A DNA stretch of 21,602 nucleotides. It comes from an uncultured archaeon. Lineage in GTDB: Archaea; Asgardarchaeota; Heimdallarchaeia; Heimdallarchaeales; Heimdallarchaeaceae. Under the pieces are notes generated by a model. The model did not search any database, was not told the DNA's origin, and was given only the letters and a program-made list of their open reading frames with translations. The DNA lies in the NCBI GenBank assembly GCA_964534625.1, contig CAZHRF010000047.1, positions 1-21,602 of the forward strand, in the 5' to 3' direction. The translations under genes were made by a program, and so were the position numbers. Positions 18,125 through 21,602 of this stretch are shown here, piece after piece. Positions within the stretch are counted from its first letter, which is position 1; each line of letters opens with the position of its first letter.

Positions 18125-19087
18125 TTATGTTGAAATATATTTGAAATATTCAATAGTTTTAACTAATCCTTCTTCTAATTTAATTTTAGGTTCATATTCC
18201 ATATATTTTTGTGCATAATTTATATCAGCCAATGAATCTCTTACATCTCCTGGTCGTTCTGGTCCATGCTTGACCTCTGATGTTGATCTTGTTTTTTCTT
18301 TTATTATTTCTGCCAGTTTATTTATGCTTATTCTCTCCCCACAGCCTACATTCATAATTTTTCCATCTGATTCTGTTGTCAATAATGCCTTTATATTTGC
18401 TTGACAAGCATTTTTTACATAGGTGAAATCTCTTGTTTGTTCTCCATCCCCGTTTATGGTTATTGGTTCATTTCTTAATGCTTTTCTTATGAACAACGGA
18501 ATTACTGCTGAATATTCTGAGTTTGGATCTTGATACGGTCCATAGATATTAAAATATCTTAGGCTTGCGGTTCTTACCAATCCATTATCGTTGTATACTT
18601 TTCCATAGTGCTCTCCTGTTAATTTTGTTACTGCATACGGTGATAATGGGTCTGGTTTCATATCTTCTTGTTTTGGTAATGTTGGTGTATCTCCATAGAC
18701 ACTTGATGACGATGCGAATATCACTTTTTTCACTTTATATTCTGCTGCCAGCTGTAATACATTAAGTGTTCCTGTTACATTTGCTTTATTTGATGCTAGC
18801 GGATCTTTAAAACTTCTTGGTACGCTTGGTATGGCTGCTTGATGTGATATATACTCTATATTATTTTTTTCAAACACTTTTTCTAGTTCTTCTTTATGTG
18901 CTATATCACACATATTTAATTGTACTTTTTCTTCTTCTAGTAGTTCTTTTATATTTGCGAATCTTCCTGTTGACAGGTTATCTACTATCACCACTTTTTC
19001 TGCTAGTGGTATTAGTTCTCTTACCAAGTTTGATCCTATGAATCCTGCTCCTCCTGTTACCATTACTTCCGTAAATTTTTCTTCCAT
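18125..19087 (-). CDS. UDP-GlcNAc(A)/UDP-glucose 4-epimerase-like SDR (WbpP/TviC-like)
   Basis: TGGAGFIGS, HQAAIPSVPRS, ASSSSVYGD, SPYAVTK, RYFNIYGPYQDP and GDGEQTRDF. ATG 19087 has an AGGTG SD. Confidence 0.92.
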   Translation of the reverse strand: MEEKFTEVMVTGGAGFIGSNLVRELIPLAEKVVIVDNLSTGRFANIKELLEEEKVQLNMCDIAHKEELEKVFEKNNIEYISHQAAIPSVPRSFKDPLASNKANVTGTLNVLQLAAEYKVKKVIFASSSSVYGDTPTLPKQEDMKPDPLSPYAVTKLTGEHYGKVYNDNGLVRTASLRYFNIYGPYQDPNSEYSAVIPLFIRKALRNEPITINGDGEQTRDFTYVKNACQANIKALLTTESDGKIMNVGCGERISINKLAEIIKEKTRSTSEVKHGPERPGDVRDSLADINYAQKYMEYEPKIKLEEGLVKTIEYFKYIST

Positions 19088-19162
19088 TTTTACACCTATG
19101 ATTGTTTTTTTAATAACCACTTTTTTTCTGTTTAAATTTTTAAATATTTTAAATATTAAATG

Positions 19163-20521
19163 TTAAATTTCTCTTTCTTTTCTTGAACTTCCCAGACCTC
19201 TATATCTAAACTCTTTAACCATTCTTTCTTTATCCAATTTTCTTCTCCCATCTATTAATACTATTTCCTTATTCTTACTTCTTTTTTTGATCTCTAGTAT
19301 CTTCTCTTCTGTAAACTCTTTATGATGGGTAATTAGCATTATTGCATCTATTTCTTCTTCTTCTTGTATGTCTTCTACTTTTTGTACGACTTTTACTCCC
19401 CACAGTTCTTTTTCTTCTATGAACGGATCGACTAGTATCATTTCGCTTCCTTTTTTCTTCAATTCTTCTACCACTATTTCTGTTGGCGCTGATCTCAAAT
19501 CTCCTGTTTCTTCTTTATAGGCTGCTCCTAGTATGACTATTTTCCTTTTTTTCAACGCTTTTTCTTGTTCATTCAGTTCTTCTTGTAATAGTTCTACCAT
19601 ATGTTTTGGCATGGTATCATTTATTCTTCTCCCTGCTAATATCACATATGGTTCATAGCCTAGTTCTTTGGCTTTCATTGTTAGATAGAACGGATCATGT
19701 GGCAGACAATGTCCTCCTACTCCTGCTCCTGGATAATATGGCACAAAGTTCCATTTTGTTTTTGCTGCTTCTATCACATCCATTACATCTATCCCTATTT
19801 TTTCACATATTAGTGCTATTTCATTCATTAATGCTATATTCAGATCTCTTTGGGTATTTTCTATGACTTTTGATGCTTCTGCTGTTTTTATGTCTCTTGC
19901 CACATGTATTTCTGCTTTTATCACTTTTCCATATATTTTTGCCAGATATGCTGCTATTTGTTCATTTTCTCCACTTATCACTCTATTTACTGTTATTATG
20001 GTATGTTTTTCATCTCCCGGGTTATATCTTTCTGGCACATATCCCATATAGAACTCTTTTCCTTGCTTTTTTTTGGAGAATTTTTCTATTGTTGGCGCTA
20101 ACACTTCTTCTGTCGTTCCCGGGTATACTGTTGATTCTAGGACTATTATTGCTCCTTCCTTTAGGTTCTTTCCTATCTGTTCTCCTGCACTTATAATATA
20201 TTTCAGATCGGGTATTTTTCTTTCATCTACTGGTGTTGGTACTATGACTAGTATTACATCACTTTCTGCTATTTTTCTTTCATCTGTTGTAAACGTTATT
20301 TTTTCTGTTTCTCTTGCATCATCATAATTTACTTCTAATCCTACATCAAAAAAGGGTAGTTTTCCTTCATTTAACATTGCTATTTTTTTCTCATCTACAT
20401 CGAACCCTAGTACCCTAAACCCATTTTTTGCAAAATGCAATGCTGTTGGTAATCCTACATATCCTAATCCCATCACACATATAACTGGATCTTCTTTTAA
20501 TACAATTTCTTCCTTTTTCAT
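19163..20521 (-). CDS. Nucleotide-sugar 6-dehydrogenase (UDP-N-acetylhexosamine dehydrogenase, WbpO/TviB/WecC family)
   Basis: GLGYVGLP, VPTP, LESTVYPGTT, PERYNPG, KVIENTQRDLNIA and catalytic GGHCL. GAGGT SD upstream. Confidence 0.95.
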   Translation of the reverse strand: MKKEEIVLKEDPVICVMGLGYVGLPTALHFAKNGFRVLGFDVDEKKIAMLNEGKLPFFDVGLEVNYDDARETEKITFTTDERKIAESDVILVIVPTPVDERKIPDLKYIISAGEQIGKNLKEGAIIVLESTVYPGTTEEVLAPTIEKFSKKKQGKEFYMGYVPERYNPGDEKHTIITVNRVISGENEQIAAYLAKIYGKVIKAEIHVARDIKTAEASKVIENTQRDLNIALMNEIALICEKIGIDVMDVIEAAKTKWNFVPYYPGAGVGGHCLPHDPFYLTMKAKELGYEPYVILAGRRINDTMPKHMVELLQEELNEQEKALKKRKIVILGAAYKEETGDLRSAPTEIVVEELKKKGSEMILVDPFIEEKELWGVKVVQKVEDIQEEEEIDAIMLITHHKEFTEEKILEIKKRSKNKEIVLIDGRRKLDKERMVKEFRYRGLGSSRKEREI

Positions 20522-20619
20522 CTTTTTACCTCAATCTACACAAAACGTAAGAATACCCATTAAAAATATTTGCTTTTAATATCGTTGTTTTTCACTTTTC
20601 TTTATCATCCTTTTTCCTG

Positions 20620-21600
20620 CTAATTTTTTAGAACCTCATTATAGTTCTTATTGTGCTTTAGATATTCTTTTGTCCTTATTTCTTCCAACCACTGTTCATT
20701 TTCTATATACCATTCTATCGTTTCTTTTATCCCTTCTTCAAACCTTATCTTTGGTTCCCATCCCAATTCTTCTTTTATTTTCGTTGGATCTATTGCATAC
20801 CTTCTATCATGTCCCAACCTATCTTCTACATGTTCTATTAGTTCTTCATTTATGTCTCTATCTTTTGTTTTTTCTTGTAAATAGTTTATTATTGTTTTTA
20901 CCACTTCTATATTTTCTTTCTCATTCTTCCCCCCTATATTATACACTTGTCCCTCTTTTCCCTTCTTCATTACTAATTCTATTGCCTCACAATGCTCTTT
21001 TACATGTATCCAGTCTCTTATTTGTTTCCCGTCTCCATATACGGGTAATTTTTCTTTTCTTTTTGCTTTCATTATTATTAGTGGTATTAATTTTTCTGGG
21101 AATTGATATGGTCCATAGTTATTCGAGCATCTGGTTATATTTACTGGCATTCCATATGTATCATGATATGCTTGTACTATTAGATCCGCCCCTGCTTTAC
21201 TTGCTGAATACGGGCTATGTGGATCTATTGGTGTTTTCTCTGTAAATACTCCTTCTTTTCCTAATGCCCCATACACTTCATCTGTCGATATTTGTATATA
21301 CTTTTTCTCTTCTTTCCACTCGTTTTTATTATACCAATGTTGTTTACTTACTTCCAACAATGTTTGTGTTCCCAATATATTTGTTTTCAAGAACACTTGT
21401 GGTTCTTCTATTGACCTATCTACATGCGATTCTGCTGCAAAATTTATTACCTTGTCTATCTTTTTTTTACTGAATATGTTATCTATTAATTCCCTATTGT
21501 TTATATCCGCTCTGTAAAATGTTACCCTCTCTTTTTGTTCTTTTGTTAATTTCTTGAAATTATTCACATTTCCTGCATATGTCAGTTTATCTATTCCTAT
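20620..21600 (-). CDS. rfbB: dTDP-glucose 4,6-dehydratase (5' end outside the window)
   Basis: The frame is open to the window edge (IGIDKLTYAGN). Motifs NFAAESHVDRSI, ISTDEVYG, SPYSASKA, RCSNNYGPYQFPEKLIP and DRLGHDRRY. Confidence 0.96.
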   Translation of the reverse strand: MGIDKLTYAGNVNNFKKLTKEQKERVTFYRADINNRELIDNIFSKKKIDKVINFAAESHVDRSIEEPQVFLKTNILGTQTLLEVSKQHWYNKNEWKEEKKYIQISTDEVYGALGKEGVFTEKTPIDPHSPYSASKAGADLIVQAYHDTYGMPVNITRCSNNYGPYQFPEKLIPLIIMKAKRKEKLPVYGDGKQIRDWIHVKEHCEAIELVMKKGKEGQVYNIGGKNEKENIEVVKTIINYLQEKTKDRDINEELIEHVEDRLGHDRRYAIDPTKIKEELGWEPKIRFEEGIKETIEWYIENEQWLEEIRTKEYLKHNKNYNEVLKN

Positions 21601-21602
21601 TA

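Noticed and set aside
18565-21473. Many Leu/Phe/Ser-rich plus-strand ORFs
   Set aside because: They are artefacts of the purine-skewed genes on the opposite strand.
1-21602. CRISPR array, tRNA/rRNA, TnpB/IscB, reverse transcriptase or defence genes
   Set aside because: No regularly spaced repeats, cloverleaf or rRNA-like sequence, or matching protein motifs were seen.

Overview
This AT-rich 21.6 kb window is a cell-surface glycan biosynthesis and modification locus. It is most likely archaeal: TATA-box-like motifs sit about 20-25 bp before leaderless ATGs, some genes have GAGGT/AGGTG Shine-Dalgarno sites, and U-tracts follow stop codons. A more precise taxon cannot be shown from the sequence alone. 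It encodes two PAPS-dependent sulfotransferase-fold proteins, a NodB-type polysaccharide deacetylase, three GT4 and one GT2 glycosyltransferases, and a large GT-C/AglB-like membrane protein. It also encodes nucleotide-sugar enzymes: a GME-like epimerase, a WbpP-like 4-epimerase, a UDP-HexNAc 6-dehydrogenase and a 5'-truncated RmlB. Most genes are separately oriented, and most gaps between them hold insertion-sequence material. This includes an intact IS630 inserted inside the left inverted repeat of a decayed IS481-like element, second relics of both families, and an IS66-like (GTAA-ended) MITE family. Two 90-aa 'ORFs' (52% identical) appear to be the retained tails of an unclassified transposase and share an identical 17-bp end. 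The main hypothesis is a pathway for a sulfated, deacetylated, uronic-acid-containing (glycosaminoglycan-like) glycan, assembled in an IS-shuffled locus.
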